A DNA stretch of 64,000 nucleotides from Eledone cirrhosa. Its lineage: Eukaryota. A program made the position numbers and the translations under genes. The notes under the pieces were generated by a model. The model had not been told where the DNA came from. It did not search any database and saw nothing but the letters and a program-made list of their open reading frames with translations. Positions 48,903-63,400 of this stretch are shown in pieces (the first letter of the stretch is position 1; each line of letters opens with the position of its first letter). The stretch spans positions 309,008,001-309,072,000 of the forward strand of contig OZ024743.1 in assembly GCA_964016885.1 (NCBI GenBank), given 5' to 3'.

Positions 48903-50745
48903 CGTCTACAACGTGATGGTGCCACGCTAAAAACACCGGTGGTGATGTAACCATACATTCACCAATCCTTGATATGATTGTTTAAATGTCGAACCTAAAC
49001 AGTTCGAATAACGGTGAAAAGGAAACTGGAACGTCAGGTGAAAGACTCTCACCCAGAAAGTTCTCCCTTGCCCAGCAGCAGGGACCTGGCTGTCATCCAA
49101 ATACTGCTGGTGTTGGAGGAAGAAGAAGGAAAGGGACAAGAACCAACTGGACGAAAGAATTGAATAGAACTGTCGTGAAATGTTACCTGAAGAGTAACCC
49201 ATGGAAAAAGGCTATAGGAAACGGATGCATAACATCTGGAACGAGATTGGTCTATTTAAATTAGGTGAACAAAAATTGGCCGGAGAGGCTCGGGTAATAA
49301 GAACTAATGGATGGATAAGCGAGTTGTAACTGGAGGAACTGAACAGAGAGATTAAGTTGGAAATCGAGAGTGGAGTATATCAGGCTAATGAGCCAGTGGG
49401 AAATGAAGGTGAAGAAGTTGAGAGACCTGAGGAAGCATCCGAAGCAGACAATGATCTGAATGCTGAAATAAATAACATCTGGAACAAAGATACGGCCATT
49501 GAGGAAATGAATGCTGACGGGCTAGGGCAAGATTTGGTTGATATTCTGAACTTAGTGGTAGATGAAATGAACAATGATAGTGGAAAACCTATGAACCTAA
49601 GATTTGTAGACAGGAAAAAGTTAAAAGAAACAACAGCTAAGGTATACAAGGTCATCCCATATCTTGAGGCGAGGAATCTTCACCAATGCAATAATATCCT
49701 CAAAGCAACCGCAAATGTGTTAAGGAAATTACTTGGTATAAAAACAAGAGGAAACAACAAACAAGAAAGATCAGACAGAACCTTGGTGGAAGAAACGACT
49801 GAATGGTCAAATCAAGGAAATGAGAAAAGACATTGTAAAGCTTGAGTCTTTACTGAATGGGACATTACAAAACATAGACACTAAAGATAGAGTGAAAATA
49901 AAATACAAAACTAGTGGGTAAGAGCTAAATGTTATCATAGAGGAACTGAAGCAACGCATTGTAGCAAAAAGTGCAAAGATTAGGCGGTATGAGAACAGAG
50001 TTAGTCAGTATAGACAGGGCCGCATGTTTGACAACAACCAGAAGATGTTTGAACAGCTTGAAGGGAAAGAAGGAGGCAACGACGTGATCCCTGAGGCCGA
50101 ACAAACTAAGACATTCTGGAGAGGAATATGGGAGCAGGATGTTGAACATAATAGTAAGGCAGTGTGGATTGAGACAGTTCAAAGAAGATTAGTGAACAAG
50201 CACACCTGATTTGAGTATCACAGTTGGAATTCTTAAAGGGCAAGCCAAAAAACTAACCCACTGGAAATCACCAGGCCCAGATGGTGTGCAAGGGTATTGG
50301 ATTAAAAATATAACATACCTCCTCTCACAACTGACAACCATGTTCAATGACTGCTTGATGTCGGGTGAAGTACCAGAGTGGTTGACAAAAGATACCAGAG
50401 TTCTGGTAATGAAAGACCGAATCAAGGGTAATGATGTTACCAACTATAGGCCTATCACATGTCTGTCGGTAATGTGGAAACTGTTAACAAGCATTGTGTC
50501 TGAGGAAATCTACCATCACCTCCACATAAACAACTTGTTACCGGACGAACAGAAAGGATGCCGAAAGAAGTCCCGTGGTACAAAAGACCAATTACTTATT
50601 GATAAGATGGTAATGAGGAATTGCAAGAGGAGGCACATTGGTCTTGCCATGGGATGGATAGATTACAAAAAGGCATTCGACATGGTACCTCATTCTTGGA
50701 TCATCAAAAGCCTAGAGATCTTCAAGGTGGCAGATAACATCAGAC
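48903..50745 (+). mobile_element. R4/Dong-clade family 2, 5' half (degenerate, 3' end lost)
   Basis: ATG 48986, RTNWTKELN, WKSPGPDG, NYRPITCL, WIDYKKAFDMVPH; breaks at 50745. Confidence 0.88.
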
Positions 50746-53513
50746 CCTATCGGAAGCTTTCGACTGATCTAAATTGACCAAGGACCCACCCATGCCAGGT
50801 TCCCTAGCTACACTCTCTACGATGTATCGCATGAGGTGGAGGTTGTCGTGGATGGATCTGTCGGGAATGGCGCATGTCTGCGCCTCTCCCACCAGACCAC
50901 CAACGACAAGCGCCAACCTCTTTGCTAGCACCTTGGCCAAAATCTTGAACTCTGTGTTTAGCAGAGTAATGGGCCGGAAATTATCTATGTTATCCCCCTT
51001 GATCGGATCCTTACTCAGCAGCGCCACCGCTCCTCGGCTCACAGAGCTGGGAATTCTCCAGTTCTGTTGCCAGTTGCAGTAGACGTCCGCCAAGAGGCCT
51101 CCGAACAAGTCTGGCATCTCTACGTAAAGTTCATAGGGCGGACCATCTAAACCAGGCGATTTACCCCTTGTGCAGCCAGTCATTGCCTCCCGTACTTCAG
51201 CGGCTGTTATCGGCTTTTCGCAACACTCCGCTTCAGTGGCCGAGAGCCGCGGCAGTCCGTCGAGGTAGACACTAAAGTCCATCCCTCGATCCGGCCCGCC
51301 GCTGCCCCCGAACAGCTGTGCGAAGTGTCGCTGAAAAGCTTCACACATTTGCCCGGGATCGAGTAGCATGCGCCCGTCGTGGTCCACCAAAGATCGGATC
51401 GTGGCTTTGTTGCCACGACGCGCCTCCGCCACTCGGGCCCATTGAACGGCTTTCGTCCCCAGGTGTCTGAGATCACACACCATAGCTCTGACAACGCAGC
51501 CTTCGTGCTTTGCATTGAAGAATTGGTCAAGGGCCAATTTCGCCGCAAGTACGTCGGTCGCGATGCCTTTGCTAAGCGCCTCGTCTAATTTTCTAATTAG
51601 TTCTCCCTCTGCTCTATGGTGGTAGTATTGAAGGTGTTGTTGTTGTTGGCGGTGGGGTTGTCGCCGGTGGTGATGGTGGTGCTAGTGTGGGTTGTGATGG
51701 TGTTGGTGGTGTTGCTGCTGTGAGTCTCTTTGCAGTAGCCTTTACCCTTTTTTCATTTCTTTCCTCCCTTTTCGAAGGCGACGATGCGCTGCTTCTGCGT
51801 TTGTGATTCTTACGACCTTTTGACATCCCTCTCCCACCTCACACTCCATGTCTGATTATGTGAGGTCGGGGAGGGGTACCAGCTCCACTCTTTCACTTGT
51901 TGTTGTTGGTGATGTTTGCACTGGAGTCTCTGTTGCAGCTGCATTTGGTATTGCTGTTGTTGTTGTTAATACTTCCACTGCTGCTGCTGTTTTTGATTTC
52001 CGTGGCGTGGGTATGGGTGTCACGGACCTATCGTTCCTGGTTTCCGCTTGTCCTGTTGCTGGTAGCCGTGGCGCCGGTTTCGGAAGGAGGGGGTTTTCTC
52101 CTTTCTCAGGGTCTTCTCGTGGTAGAAGGTCCTGAGGTGAGTCTTCGATCCACAGCGAAAGCATTTCGGGCGTTTGCCCTCAACACTTATGGGCAGTTGA
52201 GTGCCGTTATCGAATGAGTGCCGTTATCGATGCACTCCTGGTTGGTTTGGATTAACATCTCAATGGAGGTGCCGACCCAATCTTCTCTTACTTTTTTCTG
52301 TACTTGCAGTACAGTTGTTTTGTCCTCGATTCCGACGAGGACAGACGCGGCCAGCCAAGAAGGGGCCATCCCGGGTGGGACGTGGGTCAGTTTGACCCTC
52401 ACAATTTTTTGCCCGCAGTAGGAGGGCACCAACACCATTTCCTCGCTCCTTAGGGTCACTACGGATTGAGCCTTTGCCTCCTGGGGTGTGGCAAAACGCA
52501 CGTCTACGGTGGCATATTCCTTGCCTCGGTTGATGTAAGTTTTCCGCTGCCACACAGACCCTAAGGCTTATTGTATTTGAGCCTCTGTGGCTCTTTCAAC
52601 CCTACGGGATTTTGTGCTTACTGTACGGTACGTGACCGTACAGTGCTGTTGGGTTTCGAAAAACTTTTCGGCTGCCTTGCAGATTGCTCGGTGTCCAGTC
52701 TTTGTCACCATCTTCATCGCTTCCTCTAATTCTTCATTTGTTATGAGGATGGTTTCCAGGTTCTTTGCGATACCTGCAAACGGGATTGGTTTTTCTTTGC
52801 TGCTGTTGTTGTTGTTGTCGTCAGAGCTGCTGTTACTTTTGTTGTTGCTGCAGGTACTACGACTACTGCCGCCATCGCTGTTGCTGTGGTTGTTGTTGTT
52901 GTTGCTGCCGCTGCTGTTGTTGTTGCTGCTAATGCTGTTGTTGTTTATGCTGCTACTGATGCTGTTGCGGCTGCTACTGTTGTTTTCCTTGTCACTGTTG
53001 CTGCTGCTGCTGTTATTACGGCTGCTAGTTCTATTATTCCTGACGTCAGACGAATGAAATGGGTTTTCGTATTTCCCGCACACCTTTTTCGTCGTTGTCG
53101 TCGTCGTCGTGGAGAAATCTTGCACGCTTTGCACGTGATTTTTCTTTTCTGGCGTCGCTTGATAAAGAGAAGGGAGGGAGGGAGACACATTTAGAAAAGG
53201 GAGGGAGAGAGACAATCTTCTCTCTGCTGTAGTGACGATTGAGGATGTAGAAGACGGAATGAGTGGGAGTGACCTATGAAAATTCTTTTTCGTAGCCTTG
53301 TATTTTTTTGTTTAAAATAAATATTGGGCACAAAGCCCCAATAAGCGGTTATTTAACCCCGAAGGGCCAAATAACGGGCAGAAAGACCCCTCTCACGAGG
53401 AGGAGAGTGTTTTTGTCTACAATTTGGTTAAAGTTTTAAACAATTTACAATTGTTATAGCGGTCAAAGTTTACAATACCTTACAGAGCCGAGCCTCCGTC
53501 AACCATAGCATTC
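50743..53513 (-). mobile_element. Tx1/L1-clade copy 3 (5' UTR, ORF1, APE deleted at ~51617, partial RT, 3' end lost)
   Basis: ORF1 fragments 52568-53215 and 52187-52555; ORF2 fragment 50740-51617 (KSPGLDG, FRPITLLN, DQSKASDRV); 5' end preceded by (TTA)n. Confidence 0.9.
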
Positions 53514-53532
53514 AATAATAATAATAATGACC

Positions 53533-55863
53533 AGGCAGTGTGGATTGAGACAGTACAGAAGGAGATTAGTGAACAGGCACACCAACAAACTGATTTGAGT
53601 ATCACAGTTGAAACTCTTAAGGGGCAGGCCAAAAAACTAACCAACTGGAAATCACCAGGCCCAGATGGTGTGCAGGGGTATTGGATTAAAAATATAACAT
53701 CCCTCCACCCGAAACTGACAACCATGTTCAATGACTGCTTGATGTCAGGTGAGGTACCAGAGTGGTTGACAAAAGGTACCACAGTTCTGATAATGAAAGA
53801 CCGAATCAAAGGTAATGATGTTACCAACTATAGACCTATTACATGTCTGTCCGTAATGTGGAAACTGTTGACAAGCATTATGTCTGAGGAAATCTACCAT
53901 CACCTCCACACAAACAACTTGTTACCGGACGAACAGAAAGGATTCAGAAAGAAGTCCCGTGGTACAAAGGACCAGTTACTTATTGATAAGATGGTAATGA
54001 AGAATTGCAAGAGGAGACACACTGGTCTTGCCATGGGATGGATAGACTACAAAAAGTAATTTGACATGGTGCCTCATTCTTGGATCACCAAAAGCCTGGA
54101 GATCTTCAAGGTGGCAGATAACATCAGACAGTTGTTGGGCAAAAGTATGAAGTCCTGGGAAACAGAGTTAAAATCAACTGGAGAATCCTTGGGAAGCGTG
54201 AAGTTCAAGAGAGGTATTTTCCAGGGAGATAGTCTGTCCCCTCTGTTGTTTGTCCTTGCCCTGATGCCCCTGACCAGTGTACTGCGAAAAGTGAGAGCAG
54301 GATACAGTTTGGGAAAGGGAGGGCTTACCATCAGTCACCTCCTCTTCATGGACGATATTAAGCTCTTCGGGAAGAGTGAGAAGGAGTTGGATGTGCTTGT
54401 TGACACTGTCCGTATTTTCAGCAATGATATATGTATGCAATTTGGTATTAGTAAGTGTGGAGTCCTTGTGATGAAGAGGGGTAAATTGAGCAGAAGTAAC
54501 GGAATCCAGGTACCAACAGGTGAGATGATAAAGGAAATTCACTCTGAAGAAGGATACGAGTATTTGGGTGTTCTGGAGGCTGATGACATCAAGAACAAAA
54601 AAATGAAGGAATTAATAAGAACTGAATACATTCGGAGAGTAAGGAGCGTATTAAAGTCACATCTGAACAGCAGAAATGCCATAAGTGCAGTAAATTCCCG
54701 AGCTGTGTCTATTATTAGGTACAGTGCGGGAATTCTGAGATGGAATGTTGCTGAACAAAAAGAAATGGATAGGAAGACTAGGAAGCTATTGACTATCTAC
54801 AACATGTTCCACAAAAGGAGTGATGTCGATAGACTCTACTTAAGGAGATCTGAAAGTGGAAGAGGTCTTATCAGCATAGAGGACTGTATTCAGATGGAGA
54901 AAAACAACCTATACAAATACGTGACTGATAGTAGGGAGCCAATGCTCAGAATTGTACTGAAGGAGAGGACAATAGACCAGGGGATGTCCAAGGAGGAAAT
55001 AACAACAAGGAGAAAGAGCAACCTTCATGAAAAATCCCTTCATAGTACCTTCTTTGAGAAAACTGAATTTAGAGATCCACAGACATGGAACTGGTTGAAA
55101 AGAGGAGACCTTAAAAAGGCTACAGAAGGAATGCTAATGGCTGCGCAAGAACAGGTCCTCAAAACGAAGTGGGTGAAACACCATATTTACAAGGAGTAGG
55201 CTAGCCCACTGTGTAGGATCTGTGGAGAGAGAGAGAGGAGACTGTGGCTCACATTGTATCCGAGTGTAAACACCTAGCCCAGACTTACTCTAAAGGCTGG
55301 AGACATGATGTGATGGGCAGGGTGTTCCACTGGCACCTATGCAAAGTAAACAATTTACTACATTCTGAGAAGTGGTATGAGCATAAGCCAGAGGCGGTGA
55401 TAGAAAACGATCAGGTGAAGGTGCTGTGGGATTTTAGGATACAGACGGACAAGAAACTGGAACACAATAGACCTGACCTGGTGGTTTTGGACAAAGAAAA
55501 AAGATCGTGTCTGATTGTGGATGTGGCCTGCCCATTCGACACGAGAGTGCAAGAGAAGGAGAGGGAGAAAATTAACCGATACCAGGACTTAAAGTGGGAG
55601 GTAAAAAGGATTTGGAACTGCCATGAAGTCAAAGTGGTCCCGATTGTCATAGGCGCACTAAGTACTATCTCAAAGAGTTTCCAAGGATGGTTAAATAAAA
55701 TTGGTCCCGCCCCGCTTTTTGGAACACTTCGAAAAGCATGCTTGTTGGGAACAGCAAGAACCCTCCGATACGCCCTGAATATCTGAGGCTGCAGGTAGTG
55801 GCTCGATATTCATTTCAACAAACTTTCCAGTTAAATAACATCAATGACTGAGACTCAAAGAAC
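53533..55863 (+). mobile_element. R4/Dong-clade family 2, 5'-truncated copy (RT, CCHC, RLE; several stops)
   Basis: ORFs 53538-54059, 54066-55199 (GIFQGDSLSP, FMDD) and 55244-55786 (RHD, RPD); (TAA)n on both sides. Confidence 0.92.
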
Positions 55864-55865
55864 AA

Positions 55866-55930
<65 letters not shown>

Positions 55931-55941
55931 TAGGGAAGAAG

Positions 55942-56923
55942 ACGCACGTGGTGGATAGAGTGTTATGGAACCGCTCCCGTAAGTTTTTGATTTTTAACAT
56001 ATTTAAAACAATTGTGATATAACAATTCGTAGTACAAATTGGTCATAAAGCACCAGGCCTCTCTCAGGAAATGAAGACCCATAATATTCTGTTATATTGC
56101 TCAAATATTCAATTTTGTATAATAAATTTTATATTTAAAAAAGAAAATGGTTATAAATGGAAGAAAATACCCTCTGTCTACACTATAGAACAGCCAAATA
56201 ACAGCCAAATAACAGCAAATAACAGCAATTTCACCAACACCACAAACTAGATACACCACCTATCCCATCACCCCTCCGTGTACACTAAATACAACAGCCA
56301 GATAACGGCAATTTAACCACCACCACCACCAATCCCAGCATAATAATAATTACTATTATTGTATCTCAAGTTTTCTCAAAATGTTTAATTCAAATATTAA
56401 GAAAAATATGTCAACACATATATTAAACATACGCGACAAACCGCATAGATAGACAGATCAAACAAACGCACATTACTACAGTCTATTCAACAGAACTCAG
56501 TAACGACAACGCCATCACTATAGTCACCGCCACCACCACTCCATAATTGCTACCACTATCCCATCACTGCCACCACCACTCCTTCATTTCTACCACCACT
56601 ATTCCCCCAATACCTTCTGTTAATTTAAGAAAGGGGAAGGTGGCGGTATCACTAGACAAGGGAGAGGCTAGCAAAAGATATAAATAGATAGACTTAGTGA
56701 CCCGGCCACCGGCCAAACGTCAACAACTATGGCACTGCTGGCTCCTCCCTTCCTCACCAACAATAGAAAAAGCCCCAGCACCACCATCGACATAGCCAAC
56801 AACAATAACAGGCAATTTCAGCAAAAAGTATATTATATTATTAATAATTTCATTCTTAAGCCACGCAATGCTTACATTAAGGAACCACTCATGATAATAA
56901 TTTAAAAACAACAAAAAAGAAAA
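55942..56923 (+). repeat. Leader repeat upstream of Dong family 1 copy 2
   Basis: Homologous to 6925-8004 and 47959-48545. Confidence 0.7.
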
Positions 56924-59900
56924 CCCCGTGACCAAGAAATACCGGGATGGCGGCCAGCGGGGAATAGCCGTGTTTCTAGGGGAGGACCACCCCTCTAGTC
57001 TTGGTTGACACTCGTCCTAGAAGTGGTAACACGAAATGATTACCCCTTGGTGGTGAAGGATAAAACGCGACAAAATAAAGTAAATGTCAAATGATAAAAT
57101 CTCATACCGGATCGGCCGTCACCCGGGTCAAAAACGGCCGCGTCCCTCAAAGAGGAACCATACTTGGGTCGAAAAATCAGCTAATGGTTCAAACCTTCCC
57201 ATCACTTCGGAGCTGGAGACCTCCCATAACCGGAATACTCCTACTGTTGGCCCTCCATGCTCACCACCAAGAAATCCAAAGATAAAGAGAGAAAAATTGT
57301 CAAGGGAAGACAATAAAGAAGTCCTTGAGGCTTTCTACACTGTCGTGTACTACCCATCAAATAGATCGATTACAGAACAGACATATATCAACTGGAAAAA
57401 GAAACATCCCGAAAACAGAGGCTATATTGACAGTAACAAACTAGCCAATATACGAAGAAATATTGTTAAAAAAAAAGTTACTAACTGATATAGAAATTGA
57501 TCAGATCAAGTTATTAGCACAAAGTCAGCGAAGGGAAAATGAAACATGTGTCAGTGAAAACGAGGTAAATTGCAACATTTCGAATCCCAGAGTTGGGGCG
57601 GAATCACTGACAACAGAACAAATTAAAGAAAGGATCGAAAAAGTGGAGGGAGTGCATGCTCAAGATAAAACTCAAAATGAAAACAATGAGATCGTAAATG
57701 ATAAAGAAATGAATGAGAATGAACTTGCCAACTTGAAGGATGAAATTATGATCGAATGGATGAAAATGAAAGAATCTGACATGCGGGAACGAGACACTCT
57801 CTCTAAGATCCAGAACTCCAAACAGAACCAACAGATAATACACGAGACTAACATAATTTTCAAAAACATTATCATCACAAACAAACTAAACATTACTGAT
57901 CTAAATCATCTCTATTATGCATCGGCTAAAGTCACCACTCACTTATGTGGAGTGAAAATTAAAAAACAAAGGAATTCCCACAATAAATCTACTTGGCAAG
58001 AGAACATCAATCGCCAAATAAACCTTCTCCGATCTGACATAGACATTTTAACAAACTACAAAGTAGGTAAAAATGTTAAACAAATTAAACTTAGAAAATA
58101 AAAAAAAAATACAGTATAAAATCAACAAGTGACATAGACATGCTGATAGAAAAAAATCAAGCAAAAAGTGTCGGCCAAAGCTGCTCGTATAAGACGCTAT
58201 GAAAAACGATCTAGATTCTATAAGGACAATATGTTCAAAAACAACCAAAGAATCTTCTACAGAAAAATTGGTAACAATAACTGCTAAGTCAACAATAACT
58301 GCTAAATCAATACCACCCAAGGAGGAAGTGCAAGAATTCTGGCAAAAGATCTGGGCCGAAGAAAAAGTTCTTAATATACATGCCCCATGGATAGACAGAC
58401 AAATGAAAGATACAGCTCACCTTGAGGAACAAATATGGGAAAATATAACAGTTGAACAGTTGCGTTTGGCTCTTAGAAAAACCAGCAAATGGAAATCCCC
58501 AGGAAAAGACAAAATACAAAATTTTTGGATAAATGCCTCCACAGAGTCTCATGAGCTGTTATCCCAAATTTACAATGAAATAGTTAAGGAGCCAGAAAAG
58601 ATACCATCATGGCTAGTTAACGGCATTACATTCCTGCTTCCGAAGAATGATGAGACAAACAATCCCAAAAATTACAGACCGATAACTTGCTTGACCACAA
58701 TGTATAACATTTTAACATCAGTCCTAACTGAATATACATATGACCACCTGATAACAAATGACCTATTTCCCATTGAGCAGAAAGGGTGTAAACGAGGCTC
58801 ATGTGGCTGAAAGGATCAGCTTTTGGTTTACAAAATGATACTGGAAGATTGTCATAATAGACACAAAATCTATCAATTGCTTGGTTAGATTATAAAAAAA
58901 GCATTCGATAGTTTACCACACAGTTGGATTGAAAAATGTTTAGAGATTTTCAAAATATCTCCCGTTGTCAGTATGAAGACATGGAAAACAACACTCCTTT
59001 TGAATAGTGAAAAAAAATCACTGGAAGCTGGAGAAGTTAATATTAATTGTGGAATTTTTCAGGGTCACTCTCTATCCCCGCTTTTATTCTGCATCGCACT
59101 TATACGTAAAATGCCCAATGAAACAAAATATGGATATAAAGTCTCTGACAAAACCATTAATCACTTCTTCTACTTGGATGATTGGTAACTATTTGCAAAA
59201 AATGATGAACAATTGCAAGGGCTATTATCCACTGTGAAGCAGTTCAGTGATTACATTAAAATGGAGTTTGGACTAGATAAATGCGCCAAAGCAATGTTCA
59301 CCAGAGGAAAGCTGCTGAAAAGTTCAGTCATTAATCTTGATCTGGGGAATGTGATAAGAGAACATGATCAAAAGGAAACTTACAAATATCTAGGTGTTTG
59401 TGAAGGAGACGGAATCAAACACTCGACAATGAGGGAAAGGATAAGGAAGGAATGTTACCGCAGAGTAAGAGTAATCTTAAGAACGGAATTGAATGCAATG
59501 CATAGGATCGATGCCATAAACACGCTTGCCATACCAGTAGTAACCTACAGTTACAATGTCATCAACTGGTCAAGCACAGAGATCCGTAGGCTCGATACAA
59601 AAATTAGAAAATTCTTAACTATGCACAGAATACATCACCCTAAGGCAGATACAGATAGAATATATCTCCCTAGGAAAGAAAGAGGACGTGGGTTAATCCA
59701 GATAGATATTGCGTTGAAAATTGCAACAATTGGATTATCTACATATCTAAGGGAATCACAAGATTGGATGATCAATCTCGTTTTGAAACACGAAAGCATC
59801 AAAAGATCATACTCCATTACAAAAGATGCACAAAGATACAGTAATGAACTACACATTTCAGAAGTTCCATTTACTGCTGAAATGAAAAACACAGAAAAAG

Positions 59901-60450
59901 CAAAGCAGGTAAAAGTAACTGCAAAGAAAGAACTGCTACAGAAACTGGCTAAGAAATGGCAAGAAAAGCCTCTGTATGGAAAATACCCAGAAAGAGCTAA
60001 CAATCCTGATGTTGACAAAACTTTAACCCATCAGTGGTTGGCATCCTCTGGACTGAAATCGGAGACTGAAGGACTGATTATATCAGCACAAGATCAGTGT
60101 CTGCCAACAAAAAATTACCAGCCAACATAATAATAAATGGATGCAACCCATTATGCCGTGTATGTAAAAAACAACCAGAGACCATTGATAATATAATTTT
60201 AATGTGCAGTCCTATAGCTCCAACCGAATACCTAAACAGGCACGACAGAGCTGTACAATACATACATTGGATACTGTGTAAGCATTTTGACCTGCCCCAT
60301 CAAAAGAATTGGTGGGAGCATCAACCACCGCCCATACTTGAAAAAGATCACATCTCAATCTTGTGGAACTTTAGTATCCAAACAAACCGAAAGATAGATG
60401 CAAATAGAACTGATATAATACTGAAGGACTTTAAAAAGAGGGTATGCCTG
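56924..60450 (+). mobile_element. R4/Dong-clade family 1 copy 2 (frameshifted, 3'-truncated)
   Basis: Collinear, highly similar fragments of the 8165-11815 ORF from MSNDKISY to FKKRVCL. Confidence 0.93.
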
Positions 60451-63400
60451 CGTGCGTGAGTGTGTGTGTGTGTACGTGCGGGTGGCGTTTCACTTACGCC
60501 ATTTTTTTCAGTGAAAGTAGTTGTTGTAGATGATTATTTATAAACGGCATACTACTTATTTTATTACGAACTAGAATAAATAATCCTTCCTCAAACGACT
60601 ACTTCTTCAGCGATAGGCAAATTCACCTCTTCTCACCATACTTAAATTCTATTGCAGCAAAAGTTTACTTCCGCATATTATACAATGCCACGGCGAAAAA
60701 GACGCCTACTTGGTAGATCTTCAGCTTCAGCTTTAAAAATGAAAAGAAGACGGTTGGAAAAAACGCCACAAATGACTCAATCCAGAAGAACTCACGAAGC
60801 TTCCCTTAGAGCTCTTGCAAGAGCTGCGACTGAAGATGGAGAACGTTAAAAATGACTAGACAGAAATGCTGCCTCAACTTCGATTGCAAGAGCTTCAGAG
60901 AATAAGGGAAAGCGATTATTCCGCCAAAAGAAAAATACTGAAGCAACTGCTATTGCACGAGCTAGCTGCAGAAAACGAAACACAACGTTGGCTGCGACAG
61001 CAACGAAATGCTGCATCAACTTCTGCTGCTCGAAATGCAGAAAACGATGCTCAACGCTCACTGCGACAGAAAAGAAATGCAGAGGCCACTACTATTAAAC
61101 GAGCTGCGGAAACTGAAACACAACGTTTGCTGCGACAGCAAAGAAATGCTACATCAACTTCTGCTACACGCGCTAGAGAAACCGTTGAACACCGACAACA
61201 ATGGCTGGGCGAGAACGCACGTTGCAGAGCTTCTGCACAGGGTCTTTCAAAGCTTTGCAGAACACGGTGGTCGCTTAAGGCATTTAACTATGACCCAAAC
61301 GATAGTTATGAGACGCATCCAGATGTCCAAATTGGCACTATGTCTACAATTTGCCCGCTTAGCAATGCTAAAAAATGGCCAGGGTAAGCTAAAGGAATGT
61401 GCTGCGCCAATGGTAAAGTCAAACTGCCCCTTCTTCAGGACCCCCCTCAGCCGCTGAAGTTCCTACTGATTTACTTCATTGCTGACTACCGAGAACAGGC
61501 AGAGAGACGGAAAGCCGTTTCACCCAAAACCAACCCAGAGCTGCTAATTCAACTTCAAGATATGCTACATACGAACAACAGTTACGTGCTTAGCTTCAAA
61601 TACGCCCTGGAAAATGCACCTTTAAACAACTTCAACTTGGTTCTCAATGCTGAAGAAAGACCACCCGGAGAGCATGCCGGTCGCTACAATCCACCCGCAT
61701 GCAATGAAGTTGCTATAGTCCTCCATGGTGATTAACACAACAGAAGAGACGTTGTTCTTAAACGTCGTGACAACACCCTTCAACGGATCAGTGAGGTACA
61801 CAGACCCTACGATGCACTGATGTATCCATTTCTCTTTCCGCGTGGTGAAAACAGACACCACACCACGATTCCGCAGTTCAACCCACTGGCACCTGACCAA
61901 CCTACCAATAAGACAGTGTCTTGCATGCAATTCTATGCCTATCACTTCATGGTCCGCGACAATTGCTTTAACCACCTTCATCGTTCACAACAACTATTCA
62001 ACCAATTTGCCGTAGACATGGCCGCGAAAATGGAGACTGAACGACTGTGCTTCATAAGATTAAACCAGACAAAACTACGGTGCGACGATTACATTCACCT
62101 ACTCGATGGAATGAACAATAATTAAAACCCAGATAACATTGGAAAAGTTTGCATTTTACCTTCAACCTTCGAAGGAAGTCCCCGCTGTGTGCATTCAAGA
62201 ACCCAGGACGCGATGACGTATGTGCGCGAGTACGACAAACCAGACCTATTTATTACTTTTACATGCAATCCTTCGTGACAAGAAATTTCCCATGAACTCC
62301 TTTCAGGACAATAGCCCAGTGGTCGCCATGACCTCTCATCCAGAGTCTTCGAGCTAAAAGTATACAAACTAATGGACCTTATGACAAAGGGCCAGGTATT
62401 TGGACGTGTGCAATGCTACATGTACACAATTGAATGGCAGAAGCGGGGACTCCCCATGCTCACATTCTTATTTGGTTGTCGACAAAAATCAGAGCAGACG
62501 ACATCGTCAAGATTATATCCGCAGAGCTTCCAAACCCGCAAACTGACAAAACCCTATTTGACAGGGTTACGGCGCACATGGTTCATGATCCTTGTGGACG
62601 TGGCTTCAAATCTAACTCCCCATGTTTGAACAACAGTATTTGCTCCAAAAAATACCCCAAAACCTTCCTTCGTGAAACTCAAACTGCTGATGACGGATAC
62701 CCATCATACAGACGAAGAAGCCCTGAGGATGGAGGATTAACAGCACTGGTTGGAAAACATGAAATTGACAACCGATGGATTGTACTGTACTACCCATTAC
62801 TACTCAAGGCGTTCAACTCCCACATAAATGTTGAATGGTGCAACTCTATTAAATCAATCAAATATGTCTGCAAGTATATAAATAAGGGCCCGGATGCCGC
62901 CATGTTCGGGCTTAAAGAAGAAAACAAACGGGATGGAGTTCACAGTACCAATCAGCACGATATATAAGTACCAGCGAGGCCTTTTGGCGAATTTACCGTT
63001 TCTCAATGCACAGAAGATACTCTGCCGTCCAACATCTTGCTGTGCACCCGGAAAACGGCCAAAGAGTGTACTATACAAAACAAACAGCTTTTCTGAGGGC
63101 TCTGCAACCAAGGAACACAACTCTTACTGCATTCTTTCAACTATGTCAAGGCGATGCATTCGCTCGCACTTTGCTGTATCCCCAAGTCCCCTCTTTCTAC
63201 AAATGGGAAAAGTATTCATGGAAGCCAAGAATCAAAGGTGAAAGCGTTGATGGTAATCCAGATTTTAACTTTGACAGCTGCCTGGCGCGAGTTTACACAG
63301 TGCTCCCCATCTACCAAGAATGTTACTACCTGCGTATGCTTCTCCATGACGTAAGAGGACCAACCAGTTTTCAACACCTAAGAACTGTTGATGGCCAAAT

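Noticed and set aside
47959-48985. Shared 5' UTR between Dong families 1 and 2
   Set aside because: The homology ends in (TAA)n at ~48545 and is separated from the family 2 ORF by unrelated sequence and (TTTA)n; more likely a separate repeat.
50157-54128. Tx1 nested in a single Dong with a ~590-bp target duplication
   Set aside because: The duplicated segments differ by many substitutions and an indel, and the second starts after its own (TAA)n; these are two independent copies.
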